From: Bacteroidota bacterium
Lineage (GTDB): Bacteria > Bacteroidota > Bacteroidia > Bacteroidales > NBLH01
NCBI GenBank assembly: GCA_025361565.1
Contig: JANYKN010000050.1
Coordinates: 17,914-81,913 of the forward strand
Direction: 5' to 3'
DNA: 64,000 bases
A model generated the notes under the pieces. It did no database searches, was not told the origin of the DNA, and saw only the letters and a list, made by a program, of their open reading frames with translations. The position numbers were made by a program, and so were the translations under genes. The stretch's first letter is position 1. Each line of letters starts with the position of its first letter. This document shows positions 1 through 9,990 of this stretch, piece by piece.

Positions 1-1369
1 AACGATTTGCTTCAAAATCATGACTGCCCCATTCTTCTTGTGGCCAATAAGACCAATCCAAAACAATATTGTCAATTGGGATATGTCGTTTTCTAAATTC
101 GCCCAGTACATCCAACAATTCTTCTTGTGTTTTATAACGTTCTCGGCTTTGCCAAAACCCCATAGCCCATTTTGGCATAACCTGGGCTTTACCAGTGAGC
201 GTGCGATATTGACTGATTACCTGGTCAATTGATTTGCCCGACATAAAATAATAACGGATTTCATCGCCCATTTCAGAACTGAACGAAATTTGATTTTGCT
301 CTTTTGCAGAAACTGGTGAAAGCGCTTTTAATCCAATATAGGATATTCCACCGTCAGGAATCCATTCCACCTTTATTTTGTGTTTGGATCCTTTTTTCAT
401 TTCTATATTGAATTTGGCCACAGAAGGATTCCATGAAGTTCTCCAGTGATTAAATTTTAAGCTATCATCAATAAATACCTTGGTATAACCAGCATAATAG
501 GCCAAAAAACGGTAGATACCAGATTCCCTGGATTCAATTTCACCTTCCCATGTAATTTTGGCATTTGAAAAGTTGAAACCCTCAGGAAAATTTTTAATAG
601 TTTCAATATTCTCATAATCAAGTATATTTTCATTTCTTTCTATAAAAACATGACCGCTTGTTTTATTGTCAATGTAACTTGCTGTAAGTCCTCCTTTTTC
701 GCCCTTTTTATTATAAAGAATAAACTGATCTATGTTTGAATATGGCCGTGGATCGCCAAAGCGTGACAAGGAATAGTTATCCCATAAAATTCCATAGTTT
801 TTTGTCGAAACAATAAAAGGAACTGAAACCTTGGTATTGTATTGAAACAGTTCCTCGTTTTTTCCTTTGTAATTTATTTCGTTGGCTTGATGTTGGCCGA
901 GACCATACAACGCTTCTTCACCTTGTGAGTCAAAAACCTGTCGCAGTGCATATCCTTTGGTTCCTTCTACCTCAATGGGATCTAGCGTTTTGCCTCCTTC
1001 CTGGATTTCTTGTACCAGAAGTTTTCCATCAACTCCATAAAATTGGATTTTACCAGTAGTTATTGAAATTTTTAATGATCTTCCTTCAGATTTTATGACC
1101 AAAAAATCCCCTTCTTCGATGACCTCGAATTGTGAAATTTCCAGATTTGGCAATACGGAAAGGCTTGTATTGCTTATAAATTTTTTATTTGCAGAAGCGA
1201 TTATTTGAAAAATACCGCCTTTCAATGGTCTGATCTTGATTGCTTGGGCAGAATTATTTTTAGTTTTATAAGGATAAACGATAACGCTTTCGTTATTACT
1301 TTGCCATCCCTTTTGTGCACACGAAAAGCTCGATATGCATATAAATAGAATTATTAGGATTTTTTTCAT
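1..1369 (-). CDS. Glycoside hydrolase family 31 (alpha-xylosidase/alpha-glucosidase type) with a PA14-like insert. Only the N-terminal ~456 aa are present; the C-terminus runs off the window start.
   Basis: The minus-strand frame is open from ATG at 1369-1367 to the window edge. It is absent from the ORF track because no stop lies in the window. My translation starts MKKILIILFICISSFSCAQKGW (signal/lipoprotein-like). A PA14-like segment follows: GGLTASYIDNKTSGHVFIERNENILDYE...SGIYRFLAYYAGYTKVFIDDSLKFNHW...KIKVEWIP. It ends with YRTLTGKAQVMPKWAMGFWQSRERYKTQEELLDVLGEFRKRHIPIDNIVLDWSYWPQEEWGSHDFE, the conserved GH31 stretch entering the catalytic barrel. Confidence 0.85.
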   Translation of the reverse strand, partial: MKKILIILFICISSFSCAQKGWQSNNESVIVYPYKTKNNSAQAIKIRPLKGGIFQIIASANKKFISNTSLSVLPNLEISQFEVIEEGDFLVIKSEGRSLKISITTGKIQFYGVDGKLLVQEIQEGGKTLDPIEVEGTKGYALRQVFDSQGEEALYGLGQHQANEINYKGKNEELFQYNTKVSVPFIVSTKNYGILWDNYSLSRFGDPRPYSNIDQFILYNKKGEKGGLTASYIDNKTSGHVFIERNENILDYENIETIKNFPEGFNFSNAKITWEGEIESRESGIYRFLAYYAGYTKVFIDDSLKFNHWRTSWNPSVAKFNIEMKKGSKHKIKVEWIPDGGISYIGLKALSPVSAKEQNQISFSSEMGDEIRYYFMSGKSIDQVISQYRTLTGKAQVMPKWAMGFWQSRERYKTQEELLDVLGEFRKRHIPIDNIVLDWSYWPQEEWGSHDFEANR

Positions 1370-1512
1370 TAATTTTTGTAACGAATTGTTTTGTATAATT
1401 GACCAATATTTTATCTATCTACAAGAACTTTTAAGGTTTTATAGATCAAATAATAGACTTTAAATAATTCATGTGAACAAATAAAGTGTTATGAATAATC
1501 AAAATCCGCAAT

Positions 1513-3000
1513 TTATTTTTTAGTTATTTTTGCGCTGATTATAGCATTTAGGGCATCTTTATTTCCCATTGAACCATTGGACCTGTTGAATAAGGCTTCC
1601 CCATTTCCGCCATTGTCCCAATATAATGGAACCAAACCATCCGCCATTGCTTTGCCTGTAACATAATGCAAATAATAATTTCGTGAAGCAAGGTGATTTT
1701 CCAAAGCAATACCTGATAGGGATGAACGATAAGTTACTCCATACTCCCCAATTAATACAGGAATTCCGAAATCGATAAATGTGGATTTCATATTTCCAAA
1801 TTGTGTATCTACCCAATCTTCCTTGCCCCATGTGGCTTCGCTCCAAACTGTAACATATGGAACATCTGTTTTAATGCAGAATTCCCAAGGATCATAATAA
1901 TGCACTTCAGCCATCAATCTGTCTGCTGTTGCATCACTAGGCATCACCATATAGTTTATTGCATAATCAATATTTGTAAAATAGCTTTGAACCGCTAAAA
2001 ACCTATAAGTATTTCTACCTCCTGTTGCACGCACAGTATTTACAAAAGTTTGATTAAATGAGTTTTGCACTGCTGCATATTCTGTTGTTGGGTTTCCATA
2101 GGTATTTTCCATACCCACTTCATTGGTGCCGGCAAAAATCAGATGGTCATCAAAATCGCGAAAATAAATTGCAATTTGACGCCATAATGAATCAATTTTA
2201 GCGTTAATTGCTTCCTTGTGAGCATTATCTGTATGATTCATCCAACCACCATCCCAATGGATATTGATAATGGCATACATATCATTGTCGGTTGCATATT
2301 TAACCACTTCTTCAACTCGTTTCTTCCAAGCCCATTTAATTTTGTAAGTAGTTTGATCGTCAAGCATATGCGACCACGAAACAGGAATTCTAATGGCATT
2401 AAATCCGGCAGCTTTAACTGAATCGATCAATTGTTTGCTTGTAATAGGGTTTCCCCATGAAGATTCATTGCCTGAATATACTCCATTGTTAACGGTTATT
2501 GCTTCGAGTGAGTTGCCTAAATTCCAACCTACACCAAGCAATTTGGAGAATTCAACAGCAGTTAATCCTGTTTGCATACCAGTTGGATCCGGAGTAATAT
2601 AATCAGGTTTAAACGGTTCCTGTTCTTCAGGAATAATTACTTTTGCAGCTTGCGATACTGTGATAATAATATCGTTTGCCCCTGTTGCTGAAAGTGTTAA
2701 AGTGTTGCTGCGGATTTCTTCAACATCATTAGCCGAAACAAAAAGCTTTACGCTTACATTGTCCTTCGATTTAGAAATATTGGTGCGACACCAAACGTTG
2801 TTGCCTGAAATAGACCAAGTAGTATTGCTTGTAATTGTAATGTCGGAAGTATCGCCTGCTGCGCTGATATTAAAAGATAGGGGTGTTGCAGTAAGGGTGA
2901 TTTCAGGGTTAATCTCACCATTATCAGGTTTGGATTCCTTACAACCAAACATTATAGTTGCAAAGGTTATAATGGCAATATAATAAAAAATATTTTTCAT
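1513..3000 (-). CDS. BACON-domain lipoprotein fused to a GH5 endo-beta-1,4-glucanase-type catalytic domain
   Basis: Lipoprotein signal MKNIFYYIAIITFATIMFGC. The BACON-like N-domain reads ITLTATPLSFNISAAGDTSDITITSNTTWSISGNNVWC...LTLSATG. GH5 motifs are GWNLGNSLE, IRIPVSW, NIHWDGGW, acid/base FAGTNEV and nucleophile VLIGEYG. Confidence 0.9.
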   Translation of the reverse strand: MKNIFYYIAIITFATIMFGCKESKPDNGEINPEITLTATPLSFNISAAGDTSDITITSNTTWSISGNNVWCRTNISKSKDNVSVKLFVSANDVEEIRSNTLTLSATGANDIIITVSQAAKVIIPEEQEPFKPDYITPDPTGMQTGLTAVEFSKLLGVGWNLGNSLEAITVNNGVYSGNESSWGNPITSKQLIDSVKAAGFNAIRIPVSWSHMLDDQTTYKIKWAWKKRVEEVVKYATDNDMYAIINIHWDGGWMNHTDNAHKEAINAKIDSLWRQIAIYFRDFDDHLIFAGTNEVGMENTYGNPTTEYAAVQNSFNQTFVNTVRATGGRNTYRFLAVQSYFTNIDYAINYMVMPSDATADRLMAEVHYYDPWEFCIKTDVPYVTVWSEATWGKEDWVDTQFGNMKSTFIDFGIPVLIGEYGVTYRSSLSGIALENHLASRNYYLHYVTGKAMADGLVPLYWDNGGNGEALFNRSNGSMGNKDALNAIISAKITKK

Positions 3001-3151
3001 AATTAATTGTAATTGTTGTTATTACGATATTGTGGCAACGAATATTTATTTGATATGATAATTGTTTCTTCCTCTTCTTGCGATATCTACCATATACAAC
3101 CATAGTAAAGCAGACAATGACGATTTTGAATCAATTTAGAAATTTAAAAAT

Positions 3152-3183
3152 AAATTGGTAGTTGACCATGCAACTACCAATTT
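3152..3183 (-). terminator. Perfect 13-bp hairpin (aaattggtagttg / caactaccaattt, 6-nt loop) downstream of the SGBP gene, followed on the minus strand by a T-rich run
   Basis: Read directly from the sequence. It lies 27 nt past the stop at 3210, inside the 209-nt gap before the GH5 gene. Confidence 0.6.
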
Positions 3184-3209
3184 ATCAAATAATTGTCAAC
3201 TTAAATTTA

Positions 3210-5057
3210 TTATGGTTTTATAAAATGATAACACATCCTTTCACTTGATGATGTATAAGGAGTAGTTGTTGGTTTACCAAACCAAATACCCACTAATTCA
3301 GTACCCGAATATTCTAATTTGTACAATTCCCAGAAATTTCCAGGAGTATAGGTATTACACATTACCCAACCGTTGCAAATTTCTAAGTTAGGAGTAATTT
3401 CCGCTGAAAAAAGTACGCGATTATTTTGCATATCAACGGCAAATACACCATCGTGTGTTGTGCCATTGTCTTCGGTATAAACTGAAGAACCATCTGCTGA
3501 CAATACAATACTAATCCCATCAATATTAACAGGAGATGTATATCCAGCCCAGTCAGGAACTACATCAGTATAATCTAAAGTATGTGTGTCACCTCGGCCC
3601 CATGTAAATGGAACAATTTGATCAAATACCCATGATTGGCTTGATCCATTTGTAAGATTTTTCATCATTTCTTTGCCTGGATCAGATGCTGTTCCACCTG
3701 AAGATAAAACAAAGTGGAATACCATGTATTCAGGTTTTGCTGGATCTCGTTTTCCAAACCAAATATCGGTAACCAGTGAACCAGTCAATTTGGTTTTTAC
3801 AATTTTCCACTGATTATCGGCAGTAGTAGTTGCAACTGCCCAGCTTCCCATTTTAAATGAAGGAGTTGCCCCAGTAAATGTAATAATATTGGTACCTTCA
3901 GCTGTTGTGTATGTTCCGTTTTGTTCTACGCCTAAATTGTCTTTCATATAAACAGAACCGATGCTTGAGAAAGTAATTTTACAAGCCTCTACTTCAGCAA
4001 TATTTGCACTAGTATAACCTGGCCAACCGGCGGCTTCGTAATCGGCTACTGAATTCCAATTATTTAATAATCCACCGTTGATATCAGCCCAATTAAATGG
4101 TGATTCTGAACTTAATGCCCATGTTTTTGTATTGCTTATACCCAATAAGTCGCTTGCGGTTCCTGTTCCTAAATCTATTGGAATATTTGGATCACTCTCA
4201 TCAGGCACATAACTGTCAGCCCAATCTTTTGATACATAATTCCAGATATACCACCATGGACCTTCAGAATTTGTTCTCATAACAGCAATGCGTAATTGAT
4301 TTTCTGTTAATGTTAGAATTTTAAGGTCTGTGTTCCAATTGGTTGCATTAGCAATGAAGTTGTCTGCCCTTAATATTGTTGCATCGGTTGAACTTAAAGT
4401 ATGAGTGTTAATGTTCAAAAAATATGTTCCTGATTCTTGTATAACACCTTCGTTCAATTTGTCGGTAGTCATATAGGCCCCATTTTGTAGGCTAAAAGTC
4501 ATGGTGCTGCCCCAACCCATGTTTGCATCTGTGGTTCCTGGAGGCATGGCAGGTTCCCAGTTTGTGGTAAAATTGTTCCATTCAACAGTATTGGCTGGAT
4601 TTTCATACGACAGTGGACCAGGTGCAAATCCATATTTACCGTTATCGAGTACCCATGATTTTGAATTCCCTACTCCACCTGATAAAGCTGTCCAAAGAGG
4701 ATCGTTTACATAGGATAGATTGGTTGTAGTAATACTAATTGTTTGCGGGTCGCTTTCAATATATCCGCCATCGGACTGAACCCCAAAAGTAAATACATAA
4801 TCACCAGGGAAAGCCAATTTTACAGTATCAATAATAAGTGTTGAGCGTCCCATTGGGGTTTTCCAGAGTGGAGTAAATCCTGGGGTTTCGCTAACCATAA
4901 TAATCATGTTTGGATCAGCTGGATTTTGTGTAATGCTGAACTTGAGTTCGCTTTTTAAAATTGGAGCGCCCAGTTCGTGCTTATCAGGCTGGCAAGCATT
5001 AAAGCTCATTACCATGCCTAAAAAAGCAGAAATTAATACTATTATATTTCTTTTCAT
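3210..5057 (-). CDS. SusE/F-like surface glycan-binding lipoprotein (SGBP-B position in the PUL)
   Basis: Lipoprotein signal MKRNIIVLISAFLGMVMSFNAC. It sits immediately downstream of the SusD homolog. An N-terminal Ig-like segment is followed by three internally similar modules. No catalytic motifs were recognised. Confidence 0.7.
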   Translation of the reverse strand: MKRNIIVLISAFLGMVMSFNACQPDKHELGAPILKSELKFSITQNPADPNMIIMVSETPGFTPLWKTPMGRSTLIIDTVKLAFPGDYVFTFGVQSDGGYIESDPQTISITTTNLSYVNDPLWTALSGGVGNSKSWVLDNGKYGFAPGPLSYENPANTVEWNNFTTNWEPAMPPGTTDANMGWGSTMTFSLQNGAYMTTDKLNEGVIQESGTYFLNINTHTLSSTDATILRADNFIANATNWNTDLKILTLTENQLRIAVMRTNSEGPWWYIWNYVSKDWADSYVPDESDPNIPIDLGTGTASDLLGISNTKTWALSSESPFNWADINGGLLNNWNSVADYEAAGWPGYTSANIAEVEACKITFSSIGSVYMKDNLGVEQNGTYTTAEGTNIITFTGATPSFKMGSWAVATTTADNQWKIVKTKLTGSLVTDIWFGKRDPAKPEYMVFHFVLSSGGTASDPGKEMMKNLTNGSSQSWVFDQIVPFTWGRGDTHTLDYTDVVPDWAGYTSPVNIDGISIVLSADGSSVYTEDNGTTHDGVFAVDMQNNRVLFSAEITPNLEICNGWVMCNTYTPGNFWELYKLEYSGTELVGIWFGKPTTTPYTSSSERMCYHFIKP

Positions 5058-5167
5058 AATTTAATTATTTTGTTTTTAATGACTTAGTATATTCATTTGT
5101 AATACGAAACACCAAAATAAGAGATTTCTTTTTGAAATGAATATTTAATCATATTAGTTGAATAAAT

Positions 5168-6748
5168 CTATTGCCAGCCTGCATTTTGTGTCAATGTTCC
5201 ACCAGACCGTGTAATTTGTTGCTGTGGGATCATCTGTAAACCTTTTTTAGCAACTAGATTAGAAGCTGAAATGATTTTATCTGTTGAAACACCACCATTA
5301 AGAACTGTTGTATTGATTTCTATTTTAGAGGAGGCAACATCAATGCCTTGTCTTAGCAAATCCCAGTAACGTATGCCTTCAAATGCGAATTCAAAACGGC
5401 GTTCGTCTAAAATATTTTCTATGGTTGCTGTTTTACTTGTTAAGCCAGCTCTAGCTCTAACAAGGTCAAAATAAGACTGAGCATTTGTGCTTCCTAATTC
5501 AGCAGCCATAAGTAGAACATCGGCATAACGGATAACTACATAATCCTGGTATTGGCTAAGCATAAAGCTAACTCCTCCCGCGGATTCGGCAACATCCGAT
5601 CCACTTGGGTTGGCCAAAGGAATATATTTTTTATTGATATATCCGGTTACTTCGCGTGTATCGGTATTGTCAAATTCCAGGTTCTCGTCAGCGAAAGATA
5701 TGATTGATGCAGATTTTCTTAAATCATCTGTTTCAAAATCATTGTAAAGACCTGGAAGTACTGTACATGCACCCCATCCCTTTCCATATGGACTAAATGT
5801 TTGTGCCCTCATGCCCATCATTACCAACCATGGGTTGCCATCGGTGTTTCCTGTCCAGTTCGAAGTGATGTTGTATTTGATTGAGAATACAGTTTCAGAG
5901 TTATCTTTACCTGCAAAAGTTGTTGCAAGTGTATCTCCATCAATATAAGTTGAAGCAGCAGGCCAAAGATTTTTATATTCCTCTACCAATCCATATTTCG
6001 TGCTGCTGATAACATCTTCAAGACCTTGTAAAGCATCGGCTTTTGTTACCAACCCAACCAGATCCGCTTTTTGATAATATCCGGTATAGAATAAATAAAC
6101 TTTTGCAAGCATTGCTTTAGCAGCATATTTATTAATTCTGCCAGGTTCTACCGTTTCTGTACCATTTTCGGCGGCGTACATTAAATCCTCAGTGATGGCT
6201 TTGTAAATATCATCAGGTTCTGATTGAGGAATATTACCACTCGCAGGCTCAGTAAGTAAAGGTACCCTTTCCCAAATACGAACCATTTCGAAATAACAAT
6301 TTGCACGCAAGAAACGGGCCTGTGCTTCAATATTGTTTCGGTAAGCATCATCACCTTTCCAGTCTATCTGATCCATTTTTTGCAATAGAACATTCATCCT
6401 GTAGATTGCTTTATAATAACCTTCCCAATTGGTATTTAGTATATCAACCTCACCAGGAGAACGTGAAAGGTTAAACTCATCAAGAACCTGGTACTTTAAA
6501 TCATCGTTGTTGCCGGTACCACCAAAGCAATTGTCTGAAAGAACTTCAGATAGAACTGGAAATCCAACTCCGCCAATTTGTTGAACTCCATCATAACATC
6601 CAACTATTGCAAGTTCTGCATCAGCTTTTGTTTTGTAGAAGTTTCCATCGGTAAGCATTGTTAGTGGTTCGCTATCTAGAAACCCTGAACAGCTGTTAAA
6701 TAGCAGGGCGCCAATAGCCAAAGCCAAATATATTTTTATTTGTTTCAT
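5168..6748 (-). CDS. SusD/RagB-family outer-membrane nutrient-binding lipoprotein
   Basis: Lipoprotein signal LLFNSCSGFLD. TPR-like SusD features include AELAIVGCYD, RANCYFEMVRIW and FEFAFEGIRYWDLLR. It sits 11 nt downstream of the SusC homolog. Confidence 0.92.
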   Translation of the reverse strand: MKQIKIYLALAIGALLFNSCSGFLDSEPLTMLTDGNFYKTKADAELAIVGCYDGVQQIGGVGFPVLSEVLSDNCFGGTGNNDDLKYQVLDEFNLSRSPGEVDILNTNWEGYYKAIYRMNVLLQKMDQIDWKGDDAYRNNIEAQARFLRANCYFEMVRIWERVPLLTEPASGNIPQSEPDDIYKAITEDLMYAAENGTETVEPGRINKYAAKAMLAKVYLFYTGYYQKADLVGLVTKADALQGLEDVISSTKYGLVEEYKNLWPAASTYIDGDTLATTFAGKDNSETVFSIKYNITSNWTGNTDGNPWLVMMGMRAQTFSPYGKGWGACTVLPGLYNDFETDDLRKSASIISFADENLEFDNTDTREVTGYINKKYIPLANPSGSDVAESAGGVSFMLSQYQDYVVIRYADVLLMAAELGSTNAQSYFDLVRARAGLTSKTATIENILDERRFEFAFEGIRYWDLLRQGIDVASSKIEINTTVLNGGVSTDKIISASNLVAKKGLQMIPQQQITRSGGTLTQNAGWQ

Positions 6749-6759
6749 TATATCAGAAT

Positions 6760-9700
6760 TTAAAATTTAACACTCACACCTAATAAATAAGTTCTTGGAC
6801 GTGGATAAAAACCAACATCAATACCCGACGAACCATCAGAAGCATTATTTGCATCTTTGTTACCAAATCCAACTTCAGGATCCATACCATCATATTTTGT
6901 GAATGTAATGGCATTTTGTACAGCAACATAAAGTCGGAGTTGCTTGAATAAATTTGCTCCTGCTAACTTTGAAAAATCATATCCAAGAGTAATATTGGTA
7001 ATCCTTAAGAAATCTCCGTCTTTTACAAAAATATCTGAGAATTGATTGTTTACATTAGTTTCAGTAACTCGTGGAACTGTATTTGAAGTTCCTTCTCCAT
7101 GCCAACGATCAAGTATTGCAGTTGTATAGTTGGCTTTTCCATTGGCTTGGTTTCGATAGGATTGTACAATCTGATTACCTGCAACTCCATTGGCCATTAC
7201 TGAAAAATCAAGACCTTTGTAGTTTAAACCCAAATTGAATCCAAAATAATAATTGGGATTTGGATCGCCAAGCATGGTTTTGTCTTTATCATTAATAATT
7301 CCGTCATTGTTTAAGTCTTTATATCGTAAATCTCCAGGTTTTGCATTGGGTTGGATCATTTTATCATTATACAGATAATTTGAAACTTCTGCTTCGTTCT
7401 GGAAAATACCATCTGTTTGCCATCCCCAGAAATATCCAACAGGGTATCCACTTTCGGCACGGTGATAAAATTCGCCTGAATTATCATAAAGCACGTTGGT
7501 TGCACCATGTACAATGCCGTCTTCTGTAGGCACATCAGTTACTTCGTTTTTATTGTAGGCGAAGTTAAATCCTATATTATATTGTAAATCACCAACATTG
7601 TCATTCCAATTAACAACAAGTTCAATACCATTATTTTTAACATTACCTCCATTAAAATAAGGAGCATCGGCACCATCGGTTGCAAAACCGGGCTTAATCA
7701 ATAACCAATCTTTGGTAGTTTTGATATAATAATCAAAGTTCACCCCTAATTTGCTGTTTAAAAATCGTGAGTCGAAACCAAAGTTTAATTGTTCCGAAGT
7801 TTCCCATTTCACATTTTGATTTGGTAAGCGCGAAGGATAAGCCCCATTGGTATTTCCAGAAGGATCATAATCAGCAGTTCCAAAATAATAATAAGAATTG
7901 GATGTTTGAATAGGAGCCAAATATTGATAAGCAGAAATGCTTTGGTTTCCCACTTGTCCCCAACTGGCACGCAATTTAAAGAAATCAACAAAACTTTTTG
8001 CTCCTTCGAGGAATGATTCATTGGTTAAAACCCAGCCTGCCGATACGGAAGGAAAATAACCCCATCGGTTGTTTTTCGCAAATTTTGAGGATCCATCAGC
8101 GCGGAATGTGGCATTTAACATATAAGTTTCCTTAAAGTTATAGCTTACGCGTCCGAAATAAGATAATAGCATTGATTCATCATTTGGGGCACCACCATAT
8201 CCTATGTTTGTTAATACGGTGTTTGTAGCGTTGTTTACATATGCATGGTTTAAATCAGGAAATATGAGATTGGTATTTGATGCTGATACCCAACTTCCTC
8301 TATTTCTATAAGCAGAAGTACCTAACATTGTTGTAATTCCATGATTTCCAAATTTCATATCATAAGTTAGTGTATTGTCCCAAGTTAGGGCAAGTCCTTT
8401 GCTCATGCTCTGATTGGCTTTGTCCCATGAGCTTCTGGCATAATCTGATAATTGATATGCTGGTGAATAAGAGCGACTTTCACTAACATAATAATCTACA
8501 CCAACTCTCGAAAGAAAAGTCAAGCCTTTAATTGGCGTAATTCCAAGATAAACATCACCGAACATTTTTTGGTTGTTGTTCTTATTTTGGTTATTCAACA
8601 TCATAGAAGCGTAAGGATTGCTTTCGCTGGAATTCCATGGTGAATAGGGCTGACCATTGTACATGATGTTTTTTGCATCTTTGGAGTTATCGAGAAAATT
8701 ACCATTGTCGTCGTACATTGGTAAAAACGGGCTTGTACCAAAAGCACCACGCAACGAGTTGTTATACTGGCCACCAACTCCGATTCCATTCTTTTCTATG
8801 AATGAAAATGTAAGATGCTGACCAATTTTGATAATATCTTTATAAAGCTTGTGTTCAGTATTCAATCTGAAACCATACCTTTTATAATTCGAAACTGATG
8901 GTCCACCAACAATACCATTCTGATCGGTATAAGACATGGAAACAGAATAAATGGATTTTTGCGAGCCACCGTTAATTCCCAATGCATAATTTTGGGTAAC
9001 TGCGTTGTCATAAAACATTTCATCAAGCCAATTGGTTCCAGTACCCATTTTGTTAATTGAGTCCTGAGTGAAATAAGGTGTTTTGCCAATATTGATAGCA
9101 GACTCATTCATAATTACACCGTATTCCTGAGCATTTAGAGTGCGTACTTTGCGTTCGCGCGATTGAATTCCAACATAACTATCGAATGTAATGTTCATTT
9201 TGCCTTCCGAACCGTTTTTGGTAGTGATTAAAATTACACCATTAGCAGCCTGCGAACCATAAATGGCAGCTGAAGCGGCATCTTTAAGAATATCAATACT
9301 TTCGATATCTGAGTTATTCAGATAGGAGATATCGCCAGTTTGGACACCATCCACAAGATAAAGTGGGCCTGAATTGCCAATAGTTCCAACACCTCTGATG
9401 TTAACTTTCATCCCTTCGCCGGGTTGACCTGAATTTGAAGTAATTTGAACACCAGCAGTTTGTCCCTGTATACCTTCCAATAAATTTGAAGTACTGGTTT
9501 TCACAAGATTATCACCTTTTACCTGGATAGTTGCTCCAGTTACCAGTTTTTTCTGTTGTACGCCATAACCAACCACTACAACTTCATCAAATTCAGAAAT
9601 TGACTCTGTCAAGGCAATATCAATTTTTGATTGGTTATTTACTGCAATTTCTTTATCAGCGAAACCTGTAAATGTAAATACCAAAACTGCGTCTTGATTT

Positions 9701-9942
9701 GCATTTATGGTATATTCACCATTCAAATTGGTAATTGTTCCATTGTTGGTACCTTTTACTATCACATTTGCACCAGGCAAAGGTGATTGGTCCGATGCAG
9801 AAACAACATTTCCTGTAATTGTAATAGTATTTTGCCCATAGACCGGTATTGCCGGTAGAAACATGGATGCAAAAACTGCGCAAACCAAAAATCGCCTTAA
9901 GGTTTTTTGAAGCAATTTTTGTTTTTTCATTTTTTCATTCAT
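6760..9942 (-). CDS. SusC-family TonB-dependent transporter
   Basis: The order is signal peptide, carboxypeptidase-regulatory-like domain (ITGNVVSASDQSPLPGANVIVKGTNNGTITNLNGEY), DEVVVVGYG TonB-box region, plug, then a large barrel. The C-terminal residue is F. Confidence 0.95.
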   Translation of the reverse strand: MNEKMKKQKLLQKTLRRFLVCAVFASMFLPAIPVYGQNTITITGNVVSASDQSPLPGANVIVKGTNNGTITNLNGEYTINANQDAVLVFTFTGFADKEIAVNNQSKIDIALTESISEFDEVVVVGYGVQQKKLVTGATIQVKGDNLVKTSTSNLLEGIQGQTAGVQITSNSGQPGEGMKVNIRGVGTIGNSGPLYLVDGVQTGDISYLNNSDIESIDILKDAASAAIYGSQAANGVILITTKNGSEGKMNITFDSYVGIQSRERKVRTLNAQEYGVIMNESAINIGKTPYFTQDSINKMGTGTNWLDEMFYDNAVTQNYALGINGGSQKSIYSVSMSYTDQNGIVGGPSVSNYKRYGFRLNTEHKLYKDIIKIGQHLTFSFIEKNGIGVGGQYNNSLRGAFGTSPFLPMYDDNGNFLDNSKDAKNIMYNGQPYSPWNSSESNPYASMMLNNQNKNNNQKMFGDVYLGITPIKGLTFLSRVGVDYYVSESRSYSPAYQLSDYARSSWDKANQSMSKGLALTWDNTLTYDMKFGNHGITTMLGTSAYRNRGSWVSASNTNLIFPDLNHAYVNNATNTVLTNIGYGGAPNDESMLLSYFGRVSYNFKETYMLNATFRADGSSKFAKNNRWGYFPSVSAGWVLTNESFLEGAKSFVDFFKLRASWGQVGNQSISAYQYLAPIQTSNSYYYFGTADYDPSGNTNGAYPSRLPNQNVKWETSEQLNFGFDSRFLNSKLGVNFDYYIKTTKDWLLIKPGFATDGADAPYFNGGNVKNNGIELVVNWNDNVGDLQYNIGFNFAYNKNEVTDVPTEDGIVHGATNVLYDNSGEFYHRAESGYPVGYFWGWQTDGIFQNEAEVSNYLYNDKMIQPNAKPGDLRYKDLNNDGIINDKDKTMLGDPNPNYYFGFNLGLNYKGLDFSVMANGVAGNQIVQSYRNQANGKANYTTAILDRWHGEGTSNTVPRVTETNVNNQFSDIFVKDGDFLRITNITLGYDFSKLAGANLFKQLRLYVAVQNAITFTKYDGMDPEVGFGNKDANNASDGSSGIDVGFYPRPRTYLLGVSVKF

Positions 9943-9982
9943 AAAATTCAGATTTAAGTATTACTAGATTTAAAACATGGAA

Positions 9983-9990
9983 CAAAAGTA
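9983..9990 (-). promoter_or_regulatory. Candidate Bacteroidota -7 promoter element (TActTTTG on the minus strand) for the PUL
   Basis: The plus strand reads CAAAagTA, 40 nt upstream of the susC-like ATG at 9942. Confidence 0.4.
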
